Below are positions 12,121-25,279 of a stretch of DNA of 64,000 nucleotides, in pieces. A program made the position numbers and the translations under genes. Positions within the stretch are counted from its first letter, which is position 1. Each line of letters starts with the position of its first letter. The notes beneath the pieces are model-generated. The model did no database searches. It saw only the letters and a program-made list of their open reading frames with translations, and was not told the DNA's origin. The stretch covers positions 63,488,001 through 63,552,000 of the forward strand of contig OZ320315.1 in the NCBI GenBank assembly GCA_976226885.1. The letters run 5' to 3'. Source of the stretch: Iphione sp. A-MEVVRFRX5. Lineage: Eukaryota.

Positions 12121-15100
12121 TTGTGCCCATCTTTCCCGGCCGAAGCCTGATACGTCTTGATGGAGCGAGCTGACATTGCCGTCCCTGCTTCAAGAGATCT
12201 GCGCCCGACATATCGCCCCTCAAAGATCGACTTTCCATCGCGCTCGTATCGCCGTATGGAGGCGCTGGTGTCATGCTCTGCCTAAGAGCCTTGCCCAAAG
12301 GTGATCCTATCCACCACCCTCCTTCCTCACGTGTCATCTTTTCCTCTCGTTTTCTATCGTTCCCCGTCTACCTCTATCGTTTTACCTCTCTCTCTCACTC
12401 TCTCTCACTCTCTTTCTGCTCTCATCTCCCTCCCTCTCTCCATCTCTCCTTACATTAGTGTAGCTTTTAAACCCCGCCTAGGCTGCTCCTGTCTTCTCTC
12501 TAGCCCCTTACCCGACTATCCCGACTTGTTGGTGGCTTGTATAGACACTGCGCCACATTCCCTTAATGTTCTTACTAATCTGGCACAGGGAGCCTTCCTT
12601 TTAATGGTGAATAATTTACAATCTCCTCTTATGTAGAAATGCACTCCGGCCATTATGGAATTGGCATATTTTATGGTGAGCTCGTTCCCGGCCATTTCGA
12701 CGTAACTGTGTACCTCGGCGTTTTCTCTTGTGTTCTAGCAATTACTTAAGGATGGCGCGTAATAGTGCCACAATACTTGCCTCGAAGGGAAAGGTGGGCT
12801 AAATCCTCTCAGAAAATTCCGGTCCGGATTATTTTAAAGATGAGGATGCCCCTAGGACACTTTCGGTTTTCGGTTTTGTAATTGCAAATGGTGATAATAA
12901 CAATGTATATCCATAAACTGTCAGACTCAGACAAAACCGCATACACACCTACATACATGCACACAGACGCGAGGTTTCCTTGAAGTAGCTGCATATTGCT
13001 CTCTAGATGAGTGATAATTGATTAATATTTAAATATAATTGAACACGTCTCAATACTTCTCTCTTCTACTTTAATTCAATTGCCCTTAGCTGACTTGTTG
13101 GCGTTGTTTCGTTGTTGACATGTGACATTCGGGGAGGCGCATAACTTGGTATTAAGAGATAAAAGAGGATGAAATTTTCCTAGCACATTATTACATATCT
13201 CTAAGTCGTCCCTCAGTAACTGAAAAACTGATAACCGACAAACATATATTTCGCACATTATGATTAGGCTGTAAAAATACATGCATTGTTCAGGGTAAAT
13301 TAACGAAGGCTTATGAATGTTCACTCATTGCCCAAGGTTACTGTTGTTTGCTACACCAGCTCGTACTTTGCTCACCTTGTATGATAGCTTCCCATACAAG
13401 CCCAAAGAACTTTGTGTCGGGCAACAATACTGAGGAAATCAAAGCCAGCAATTTCCTCCACGCTTCGTCCCCAACCAATAGTTCACTATTAGTCAGATCA
13501 AGACCTGTCTACTAGTACTTCCCATGGCTAGGTCCCATCAGGGATGGTCTTCCACTGGCCCACGTCGGACATCTACTCGTCCCTACAGGAATGAAGGACA
13601 GAAGTATTGTCCTTGGAGCCCAGCAGCACTTGATTCAACCATCGTAGTAGGATGAGATTGAAGGCAAGCGATTTTCCGCTGGGTCTATCTAATTTGAACA
13701 GACGGTCTTCGAAGCTTACAGCTGCTTTTCCATTCAGAATCCATTTCTTTAAGGTATTTGCTTTCATGATTTGCTCAGCAGCCATAGTGTGTTGGCTTAA
13801 TTACCCGTCCTGGCTATTACTCTTTGACGCCGGCATGGGCGTTCTTCAATTACAGCTGATATAGAACATGCATGCACTGCGGTCGTGCGTCCCCTGATTA
13901 ACACAGATTTTAAGTGTCTGAGCTACCACCGCCAAGGAGAATGAGGTAGTCCAGTGTTGAATCGAATGAATTATGGGCAACGCGGCGAGCTTTGCTTGTT
14001 ATCAATGTGGGAATCAGCACAGTCATGACAGCAGTATGAATTCCCATATTCATTTCTCTATATGTATTTTCTAGGCTGGGTTTATTCCTAAATACATACT
14101 TCAGGTAAGCCGCAGTCTCTATCTGTCTTACTGCATCCTTTACTAAGGACAGGTTCATGTTCAACCCGGCAAACCAAAATGTGTTTTTTTCATATTCCAT
14201 TTGGCTCTGATTTATCTTCTTCTTTAAAGAGGCAGCACATAACGCCGCGGTAGCTTTAACAAAAAAGAAGGAAACAGTCACTCTTAAGAATTCTCCTAGC
14301 CAAAATGGTGGTATGAAAAAATAGAGAATAAAGAGGAGAAAACGTCTAAAATGCTCCTTCACATGTGAATCAAATCGACTGCAATTTCCTGGCGAGTCCT
14401 ATATGGAACGTCCTTACAGGGTGCACTTTATAATTCACCGTCGATCCGAAATTGTCCCTTATCAGCCCGCAACATGCATAGCAATAATGGCAATATGGCA
14501 CGGGTGGTCGACATTAGGACAGACCAGCACGCTGCTATATTGTTTCTAAGGCTAACAGTTAAAGCTCCCTGCATGCAGGTTAGTTGCCCTGAAATGCATG
14601 CGGAAGTGTTTATTCCGATGGGCGATATAATACTGAGTAGCAAAATGTGCAATTGAATAAAACTAGTGAATGTTTTCAAATATATTCACATACCTAAGGC
14701 TTTCCTAGAACTATCTGTTCTACGGCAGGATAAGCAGCCTTCATGGAGGAAACTGTCGATTTATGTCGGCCAGTCTAAGGAATGAATGCACGTGCAGGAA
14801 AACATTTCACAACGAAGGCGCCTATCGACTTGGTCACGTGGTCAGACAATGCGAGACAAATGTAAGTCAACCGTAGACGGAGATAATATTTTCCTCATGG
14901 CCTTTCGGAACGGTCGGCTCGCACCCAAACACGCGAACACTGCGCGCTCGTCCTCGTATCAGCACTGATTTTATCGCTGTAGGGAAGCTCTCGACAGCTC
15001 AACGAGGGATTATTTTACCGGCTCTCTTTTCTTGCCACCAGATTACAGAATTTCAAAAGGTTCTCTGGGACCTCGGCCCGAATCCTGTTACACAGTAGCC

Positions 15101-16745
15101 CTGCCCGGGTGGGTTTTATTGGTAGATTTAAAATTGGCGCTGGGGAAGGGAGGATTACGAGAATGGCCGCAGGGGGGCGCGGTGGGTAAATCTGGGAGGA
15201 GGAGCAGGCTAAAAACGACGAAAAACAGCCTCGAGCAAGAAATCGAGGGGAAATTGTCGAATCCTTTAATGATTCATGAAATGCAAATGCTTATTTCGAG
15301 GACAGGATTCTGTTTCTAGGTTACACATTTCAACCACACACCGCGAGGGGAGATTGAGTCCAATGTGCTTTTCTTTCCTCCTTCTCCCCGCCCGTATTCA
15401 AATAGGAAAACGTACCAAAAGGCATGAAAACAAAATCACGGAAAAGTCTTTGTTTGGTGATATTACTGAAGATTTGCTGGGACCTATCGGAATGAGGCTG
15501 TAATTGGTTTTGCATGAAAGATCATATTTTATGGTCAGAAAGGTTTGTTTAATTCTTTGTTCTTTGACTTGATCACAGTGGGCCAGCATGCGCTTTACTC
15601 AAACTTACTGCAGTGTGGTGCATTGGATTGGATTTCGAAATAATAATCGCCGAAATAATAAGTGCAAGTTATCTTTATGGTGATGAAAAATACTCAGGGA
15701 AAGATTGTTGCGCTCGTATGTAAGTTATGCTGATTGTTGAGAGGGATTGGTGATGGTAGTAGCCGTGGCTGTGGTGAGGAAGGTTGTGGTTTGGGCAAGT
15801 GATGACTACTATACTGGTGCATGGTGTTGTCGAGTTGGCCGTCCACCAATTATTGTCAGGTTTCGCCGAAAGAGGAGGAGAGTTTGAGAGGAAGCAGTGG
15901 TATGCAGATTGATGGTTGTCAGGAGTGAGCTGATTCTGAGATTTGGAAGGCGAGTAATGACAAGTAGTTTGACGATGCAGGATGGATTGTGAGATTGGAT
16001 GAGAAATTTCCTTTCTACCCAAGAAGGTTTCGGTGTAAGATTAGTCAATTTGTGAGCTCGAACTTCTTATATTTAGGCAGATTTTGCTGGAAGGATAGGT
16101 AGTTTATTGACTTGTATGAGCTCTTATTTCCACGGGTAACAGCGTTGAGTGGATTATATTAAAGGATAATGCCCATTTATTCGGAGGGTTGACATTTTCC
16201 TATGTTATTCACATGGGCTGCGCTGTATGGTTAACAAGGCCATTCTTCTAGGAGGGTTTTTTTGGTGACAAGGAATGCAGCATACTCAGCATATGACAGA
16301 GATAAGTTTGCACAGGTGGCTGATTTTGAGGAAGACAACGAAAAATATATCGACTAAATCCTTTGTGTGTGCCATGGTAGAAGGTGGGTATGGCTAGTGC
16401 GGTCGTTGTGGCGGCATCAGAGACAATCGGCCCCTAATTTGTGGGGTCTTAGTAATCGCACACTACCGCCAGGCAAACATTTACAGGCGGCAAGGATAAA
16501 AGCTGCAGCGAGAAGGTGGCGCCGAAAAACGCCGACATCAGACGGCACCAACTGGGAGGCCTTGTGCCATCTCAGCTCCCCTACCAACCCTCCCAGTTTC
16601 CCTCCCTTCCTCCCACCCACCTCCTGCGTCTGTCCTTCATTTGTTTAGTCAGGGTCGGTCAGGCAAAGCCAGTAGTCCTCTGGCGACAGGCTACAAAAGC
16701 ACTTCAACAGCCTTCACTGTAGTCCTTTCCGTACACATTCATCTC

Positions 16746-16747
<2 letters not shown>

Positions 16748-16794
<47 letters not shown>

Positions 16795-16820
16795 GCTATC
16801 TCTCGCTATCTCTCTCTCTC
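16748..16820. repeat. (CT)23 microsatellite with degenerate tail
   Basis: Pure CT run at 16748-16793, followed by agctatctctcgctatctctctctctc. Confidence 0.95.
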
Positions 16821-17816
16821 CCTTATACCGCAGGTATCGACCAACACCCTTCCTTAACCGATTGAGTATGATATAGATAAGAACACACACACATATATGT
16901 ATATAGCTATGCAGCTTAAATAGCAATCTATGCTGCACACCTTTCGGTTACAATCTCTTCCCCCTACACCCTCGATACGCCTTGGCAAGTGCCATTCAGG
17001 TGTGCATCCCCAGGTGTGCACAGGTGGTGCAAGAGCCACCAACTGAAAATAACTTGCACTGAGCTGGTTTGAAGAGATCTTTGATGTGTGTCATCAACCC
17101 CCCCCCCCTCAGCACGTGTACGTTTAAGCGAAGCCGTCACACTGTAAGACACTAGAAGGCTAATAATAGCCATTCGGTGGCGCAGTCGTCGTCTGTCGGT
17201 TCGGTTGCAGCTATATCCAGGGTAGGTTACTGACAATTGCTACCTGATGTTAATTCTTTAAATAAAATACGGCAACTATGGCCGTTGTGAAGAGGTAAAG
17301 ATATCAAATTTCGTAAAGAGTAAATACAGTTACACCCATAGAGGATTCTTTAGTTGGTACGACACATCATTTTTCTTCAATGTCAGTTGATCATACCGTG
17401 AGTAATTTAGCATTAATTCATACCAATTTCGTATCATCGTAGAATGAAGCTGCGTAGAAGAACTGTACTCTCTCTACCTAACTGGGAAAAAAGAAAACTG
17501 GGGACTCATGGTAAAAATGTGGACAGAAATCGGCCATTAGCAGGAGGAAAACAATGGCTGTCTAGCTCCAATACATTGCCCCAATTCCTGCTATACGGGG
17601 AAATATTTTACCTTCACGATGGTGTGTAACCAACACCGATAGGCCAGTACCTTGCCTCTATCAGTGCCACAACGCCTCAGACGGTAGTCAACTAGCGTTA
17701 TCATCCGCTGATTTCCGGCGTTTCGGGTTAGGAGGCTATGTAGAGGCGGAAGCCAGCAAAGCCGGCCCGCCGTCGTGGGATACTCACCCTCAGACGCACC
17801 ATAATCCCTCTCGAAC

Positions 17817-17830
17817 CCTCTAGAGGGCGC
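17817..17830 (+). promoter_or_regulatory. CTCF-like motif
   Basis: CCTCTAGAGGGCGC, 13/14 to CCASYAGRKGGCRS; overlaps the palindrome ccctctagaggg. Confidence 0.3.
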
Positions 17831-18020
17831 TCGGAAGCTTTCGGCAACTTTATGCTTGAAGGCCACAAGTTTTTTTCTCGCATTTTTTTCTACTGCTGCA
17901 GTTTTTATTATATACTTGTATTGGTTTTCCAGGTCCCCCTCAGAATTTGCATGTGTTGAACGGCAGCCTTTGACGGTCTCACAAGAGAAATGTTTTGATT
18001 CCGTTCCTGTTTATCTGGCG

Positions 18021-18103
18021 GTCTGCCTATCGGCTGGTCTGTCTGTCTGTCTGTCTGACCTCTACCTGTTCATCTGTCTCTCTGTCTGTCTCTCTTCTGT
18101 CTC
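18021..18103. repeat. (GTCT)n microsatellite, partly degenerate
   Basis: Pure (GTCT)5 at 18037-18056 with degenerate flanks. Confidence 0.85.
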
Positions 18104-19059
18104 ATACGTTCCCGTTTCAAATGATGCAAAATGCTCACGATCATAGCGAACGTATTTAGTGATTAAATTCCCCCTGAGCCGTTGCTAAAAGGCGCCAATT
18201 TTCCTTCGTAGTTTACAGTAGTACTACATAGCAACCATGACAAATGAAAAAGAAGTCGCAGCATTTTTCAATTGAACATATATTTATATATATATTGCCT
18301 CATTCAAAGCAGTCCACCATGATATAGATCTCAATAAATCACGCGAGACTCGGCAGCACTCGGAGTTCTCGTTGAAAGAATGGCCCCATGGTAACATCCG
18401 CAGCATGGGGCAATGGCGGCTATCGTGAAACATGCTGAATGACTCCAGCCAGACTCTCCTTTTTCTACTTCCGGTCATATTTCAAGAGAGTGTCTCATTC
18501 CAAGTGACCACTGATATTGATGGCTCGGGAGGAAAATTACACAGAAGAACAAATGGCTAACTACAAGAAAACAGTTTTACGTCATACTGCGTTTTTACCT
18601 TTTATTATTTCCTACCATGATTTTGTTGATTACCATTTTGTGTTTAGGATTTAAGACCGGTTTTAGAATGATAAGGTTGTCAACGTACTCGTTAGTCATG
18701 AATATTTTACAAGGATGACAATGTAATGCTTTGATATGCAATACTTTGTGCTACTTCTCCTGATGGAGGACGCCCGCAGAATTGAAGGGCAGGGTCAGTC
18801 TGGAGGTCGGCGGAAGTGGGCAATGCTTCATAGACGCATGCGTAGTCTGCATGTTACGACGCTCCCCGAACGCCACAGAGGGACACTGAATATAGTGTAG
18901 TCCCACGGTGGGTCTGCAGAATATCGGATGTGCCTGCGTATTTTATCTCCTTTTATGGCCAATACGTCGCTTTGTCATGCTATCTGGACACATGAGGACA
19001 CTGCGCTGTCCTTTCCCACGTAGTATGCAAATGACGATACGAGGATAGAGATATCTCAA

Positions 19060-19240
19060 CATGGCCGAAATGGCCAAGGTTCCCATCGGACCTGACTACT
19101 ATAAATTTCCAGCGCAGGTTCTCTGCTTCCCAGGCTAGCTCAATGATGCCAAATGACACACAACAGCTAGGCGCAGATCGAAGTAAAGCATCGGAAATGA
19201 TCGATACGGCAGTCCCAATAGAGAAAGGTGTTAAAAACAA
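19060..19240 (-). mobile_element. Possible Gypsy-type aspartic protease remnant
   Basis: ORF reads FSIGTAVSIISDALL...GIIELAWEAENLRWKFIVV...NLG, resembling retropepsin FxVDTGAxVSII...G..L...W.F.V...LG, but the catalytic DTG is absent. Confidence 0.22.
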
Positions 19241-20378
19241 GCGCTTTCACCATTTGATCACAACTGTTTTGTTTCTCACCTTTCCTGCACGAAAATCATT
19301 AATAGACATCGTCCCCACATAAATTGGTATGAATTTCACGAATGAATACCCTATATCTATGGTAAATAGTCTGCATTACCTTCGCCATTTTGGGGGAAAC
19401 TTTCTGAGTAGCACCACCAGACTACGGACAAACACATGGAGTTCCCAGCCCGCTTGATGGGAAGTGGGGATGGAGGCAGCTTGGCACGGAGGCAATTCAT
19501 GAATTTGGATGGCCAGTAAAGTCGATACCGGTACAGCCGAAGAGGCAGAGCGTGCTCCGACTAGTTAAACACGACCAAATTTAACTATTGGCATCGATGG
19601 GCAGACTCTGATGGGTTTAAACCGGGGTATGTCTGCGTAAAACGGCCCGAGTCAAACGATATAATAAAGTCTTTTAAAAGTAATTTTACGCTTTCTGAGA
19701 TAATTGATATTCTCTTCTTTTTTCCTCTCTCTGTCTTTGTGGTTCTCCGTCCCCTATGCTGTCCTCCTGTCTTTGTCTCTCTGTCTCACGGACTCTTTCT
19801 ACCCCAGATGTCTCTATCTGGTCAAAATGATTGCTCCTGTTTTAATGCACATAATATTTTGGAGGTATGTAATATAATTCGTCAAAGTCTGATGGAAAGG
19901 CAGAGAGTAGGAAAATTCCCCTGCTCAACCTTGTTGTTTCCTTGGGCAGAATAATGTAAATATGAATGACATATAAATACACATGCATTGCATATTGCAA
20001 GTCCAGTCCTTTTGGTCGCGGTGCATTATTTGACTTTTATAGCTACTTAGCGTTCATAAAGCAACGCTCGTCTTTCATATGTTGGCGGCACTGTTGGCAT
20101 TTCCATATGTTTGTCACGAAAAGGACTTCAGCTGCCCCCTGCCGCAAGGTATCCACGGGGCAATGCTTTGTCTCCTTGGTAGCCCCAGTGCTGGGATTCT
20201 CCATGCGGTTCACTGACCAATATATTCGGACTGTTCATACTAATCATAAAATATTAAACTAACGCACAGAATATGCTTACGTGTTTAATGACCACCCCGG
20301 AAATATTACTTGTGCCACTGATACATGTAAAAAGCCAACCCAACGGAATAAGATTACACATCAGTTAGCCATCTGTCG

Positions 20379-20582
20379 GCACTGCTCATATTAACAAAAA
20401 AGGAATAGATCGACTACAGGATATGGATAAATTTCAACGATTAAGGGGTCAACATGACTTGTGTTAATGATGCAACAATTAGGCCAGCGATATGGGATAT
20501 GTATCAATCTCTTAGCACTGCTCACATTAATAAGAAGACAATATTTTCAACTACAGGATATATTTAAGCTCCAATGACCAAG
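20379..20582. repeat. Diverged direct repeat, 136-bp period
   Basis: gcactgctcatattaacaaaaaaggaatagatcgactacaggatat (20379-20424) versus gcactgctcacattaataagaagacaatattttcaactacaggatat (20515-20561); weaker similarity continues for about 20 bp. Confidence 0.7.
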
Positions 20583-21918
20583 CTGTCAGTGCTGTGATGT
20601 TCTCGTCATTATCATTATATCCTCTTTATTATAAGGAAGAGTGTATTAATTTATAAGGATAGTAATAATTAACTAGAGTGGTAATATCCATATTTACCTG
20701 AGAGTGCTGAGTATTAGAGAAATGTGGTTATTGTGGTATCAATACTGTTATAAAGTTTTCGTTCTGTGCTGGATTTTACCAAGTTACCAGCCTCTTGCCA
20801 TTTATTTTGCTATCATATACTTCCATGCCTTTTCTTGGTCATACATCACACCATGTAATGTGGAGACTGGTAACTCTATACAGCAAAATCAAGTGTTACG
20901 TTTTAAACATTTTATGTTATGTTAATGTTCTAATAGCAGTTACACCTATGTGTTAATGGAAATAGATGGATTAACATGTTTATAGGCTTCTAACACATTT
21001 AAAACATTTTAATGGTTTTGACACCTAAGAGTATAGCTTTATACAGCCACTACAATGACCACCGGTGTATAAAAAAGTGTTAAAAATATAACATTTCTAT
21101 TCATATTTTTCCAGTGTCAGCAGTATTAGCAGCTCGATATTATTGTGATTATAATACCATTATGCTAACCTTTTTGCTGATATCCGACAAACAGTAGACA
21201 CGCACGAATGTGTATCCGAAAAGTGACAGAAGTATGCCACTTCCTGTGAAAGAAAGGGCCTCAGACTTTAAGTAGTCTGTTCATACCGGTCTATGCCAAA
21301 CCCTAACCTAACTATGTCATTATGCGCCAATTGCTATCCCGGCTGGTGCAGGCTATATAATAGAAGTTGATCCGTTGCTAACCTAGCTCAGCGGTCAGTG
21401 CATTGTCGCGGTGGGCGACTGGCGAGGGCAGATTACCATCTCCAGCTTATCAGCAAAGGATTAAGGTGTTATGATTGAGGCTGATCCAGCCATGATCCTC
21501 TGATTACCTTGGTCCGGGGAATGGGGTGTGGCCAGTCGCAGGCTTCTAGGACACAGGCTTGGCAGCCAGAGCAGATTGTCCTGTCACTGCACTGATGGTT
21601 ATATCCCTGGCTTCACAGTCCAGGCAGTGTCCTTGCCTCTTCCCTGCACTGTATGCCCCTCCGCCCTCTTTAGTAGACGGGGTTATTCAAGGTGATCATA
21701 CCAAAAAATATTATGCATCGAATACAAGTATTAAGTATTTTTGACATAGGAGAGGTACATAAGAATGTAGAGTGGCTGCAGGGTTTGGGTGTATAGAATT
21801 TTAGGATTCATATTATAAAACGAAGAGCTAATTGTCCGATCCAGATGGTTTACCAAAATCAATCCCGCACATTCTCAAAGCAATGTGGATTATAACCAAG
21901 TCTTAATGTCTTGTTCAT

Positions 21919-22104
21919 AAACATATTATGGTCGTTTTGATGTCTCGCTTAGAGAGTTTATACCTGGAGTAGAATGTAACAAGTGTTGTTAAGCAGGACC
22001 GCCCAGATTTGAAACATATTATGGTCGTTTTGATGTCTCGCTTAGAGAGTTTATACCTGGAGTAGAATGTAACAAGTGTTGTTAAGCAGGACCGCCCAGA
22101 TTTG
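21919..22104. repeat. Perfect 93-bp tandem duplication
   Basis: 21919-22011 and 22012-22104 are identical base for base (aaacatattatgg...ccgcccagatttg). Confidence 0.98.
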
Positions 22105-25100
22105 TATAGAAGATGAGAACATTATAATCAAGCTCAAAAGTTTGATCAAAAATCAAAGTATGAATTCCTAATGAATTCAACTTGAACAATTTCAATTCAG
22201 ATTCAAAACATCTCACAAAGTCATTCCTAAACTGCTAAAGTACTGCAAGCAATGATTTCACTATCCTCAGTGCAAAAGGAGGCACACTGTCTCAAGAAGA
22301 TGTGATGACAGCAAGTTAAAAACTGTCCTCTTGTAATATCAGCCCCATGTAAATCAAGACAAATACATCCCGCTCAAGTATCTTATTAACCTAGTGTTGT
22401 CATTGAGGATATAGGAGATGGTCTAAATGGGTCTTCTGGGTTGACGCCTTGGTAAGAGAAGATTTGTTGAGGTGCGGCTGACAATGACACAATGAGCGAT
22501 GGGCGTGGCTATTGACCATATACGGGATCAGACCTGGCAGATGAGAGGATTATTGGCGGCTACGGGGATTCCCCGGTGCATCTGAGGGAGGATTAATGAT
22601 CTAATGACCCAATTGCGGAACGCTACATTGTTTCTAATGAGGAAGAATATAAAGGGCTTATATAGGGATGGGCCAGGTATTTGGAGGCAATAAACAACAA
22701 GTTGATTGTCTACCAATAGCTTTGTTCCGTTCCCTAAGCACGGAAACGTTAGAATTTTATAAATGTTGATAAATCTACAGATGGATGGGGGAGAGAATCA
22801 AGTGGCTGTTTCTAATAATTATCCTACATAAAAATAGTTTGTATCGTTGATACATTAATACTAATCTTCATTGTAATCAACTGGCAAGTGACGCTAATGA
22901 CATTCAGTTGTACATGTGGATACACTGTATTTCTCTATGTCGCAGGACAGAAAATAGTGTTGTCAAGATGTGTCCTTCACTAAATCGGAAGAATTTGTTT
23001 TTGCTGTGGTTCGTTAGAATTTTCTTGCCATCCATATTAGAAATATTCAGTTCTCTTAAGCCTGTGTGAAGGAAAAAGCCAGTAATTTGGAATTATGTCC
23101 AGAGGCGGTAAAATAAATAGCGACGTTTTCCCGGCCCTAACAGGCAGACGGCATTGAATTTCTTTACTTCACAAGAAGAGAGCATCTTTGTTGGCAAAAA
23201 AAGGAAGATTTTCTTTACCCGTAAACATGGAAAATAAAAGGACAAGCCCTACAAGAAGACACCAAGATGTTGATGGTGGGAGAATGGGCAGAAACATTTG
23301 CAAGACAGACGTTAACGTAGGGAGAGCTCTGCGTGTCTTCAAGTCATATTCAGTTACTCGATCCTTTTCTTCCAGTTGCTACTAAAAGGTGGTCTTTTGG
23401 TGAGGGGATGGTTGGAGGAGGTCGACCGGCGGAGGGCGAGAGAGAAGAAAAAACCCGCATGCAACCCTTTTGTGGGGTAACGCGAAACGCCCGTTCATCC
23501 GGGCCTTCATTAGAAATGACACTTGTGCCCCGTGGGGACGTGTGGGTTCATGCCTCTCCTAGGAGAGATGCATGGAAGCTAGAAAGCGCAATTTGGTAGG
23601 TGGGAAAAGGAAACTGCTGGAGTTGGCGTTACCTGGCATTTGAAGGGGGAGGTGGGTAAGATGTATGCAGTGATATTAAGCCTACCTCCCACCTCCCATC
23701 CACCATCTCCCACTCCCATCACGTAAAGCTCTCCCCTCCCCCTCCTACTGCACTAGCCGCAGCAGAAGGAAACGCCTCATAAATTCGTAGCTGCTGGACC
23801 CACTGTCGCTCTGCTAACCGGGCCTGAAAGGTCTTTTGTTCACATAGAAAAGACTTGTCTCTCTACCTTTCAAACGTAGGTCTTCTATTAAGCGACAAAA
23901 GGCACCAGCTCCTGATGGTTAGCTTGCACGCACGTGCCATTGCAAACGTTACTTTTAACGCGTGACGGCGGCAGGCTTCTGGGATTATAAAACGCCAATC
24001 AGTGGGGTGAATACTCTGTCACTTGACCGGGTGGCGGGAGCAATCGTCAAAAAACACCTTAGCAAAGAGACGTCATTGGAGTTTATTTGAGAGTTAGAAC
24101 GGATATGTGAATAGTCTGGCCTACTGCTGAGACTATTGGTTCTGTCAGAGAACCCATTAGAAAAGAGCAAGTCGGAGTCGGATTTATGACCTAATTGAAC
24201 TCAATTTCTGTTTTGCGGCAAAGGTACAAAATAACAAGGGGTCATTCTGTCCCTGTTGAGGAAAATTGATGTGATTGGTTTTCAAATTTTATGTAGGTGA
24301 GAATAAAGGCATGTATGTGTTTGATGAGAAGTGAAGGAGAGACCATTTTCCTACATAAACAGAGTAGAAGGTCAATCTATGGTCAGGCGTAGACTGTACA
24401 TGCATGAAATTCGACTAAAATGTTAATATTTTGTGAGGAGAAGAACTAAATAGCTTGTATTATGTCTAGGGTAAACGACACAAAACAGAATGTTATACTC
24501 TGGTGACATGGAGATTGATATTGTGGTGAAACAGGTTCAATATTCACTGGGTGCGGTTATTAGAAGTTAAAAGTAGTTTGTAAGATTATCAGTGTTGTTC
24601 CAGCGGACCATGATGGCATTCCATCATCCGTTAAGTATATAATCATCCACTAGATGAGAATAAACCTAGATATAAAATGATGAAAACATGGCCACATGTC
24701 TTTTAATAAACTAACATTTTAATATTGCATTGATTAAATTGTGAAATTTCTGTGAACTATTACTCAAGCCACTACAGCACAAGTGTATAAAAAGGCAGGC
24801 TAACGTTAATAAAATATACTGTTATTCTGTTGCTTCTTGGAACCTTATCTCCTTTGTGGGGCTTCATCTTTAGCTAAGCGGACTGACTGAAGACCTCATA
24901 CGTTGCTTAGCCAAAGACACCCTGCAATATATGGTCTTACTTGCCCAACGAACAACATGTGCAGTCCCATTTTATGACGCACGCTATATATTTAAGTGCA
25001 GTTATGAGAGAGGATAAACTTGTCAGGCTGTCGAATTGCCTTTATGGACCGATGCGTTATGTCTATTATTTATACTGTTTGCCTGCGTGAAAGCGTAGAC

Positions 25101-25279
25101 ATAGTGGCGTACCTGAAAGTGTATGATCAGGCCTCAAAGGTGGCACCCCCCTTGTTTCTGAGCAGCTTAAGCTCTGTTGGTCTTTTGTACAATTGATTGA
25201 AGGAAATGAAAAACCGCCTGTTTCACCTGGCTAATGTCTTCGCTCCACAAAAAGTGAAAAAGAAGAACACGGGTTAAAA

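Noticed and set aside
11575-12150. Longest ORF (191 aa) as a gene
   Set aside because: It runs through CA/CATA low-complexity sequence, is His/Thr/Tyr-biased, and has no recognisable domain.
14415-14423. TACAGGGTG, Tc1/mariner-like terminal repeat start
   Set aside because: No matching inverted end or transposase was found.
21381-21420. tRNA gene or tRNA half (TAGCTCAGCGGT)
   Set aside because: A-box only; no T-arm/B box or cloverleaf. No complete tRNA was seen in the window.
21577-21594. CPVTAL as a third recombinase remnant
   Set aside because: A single hexapeptide without reliable flanking motifs.
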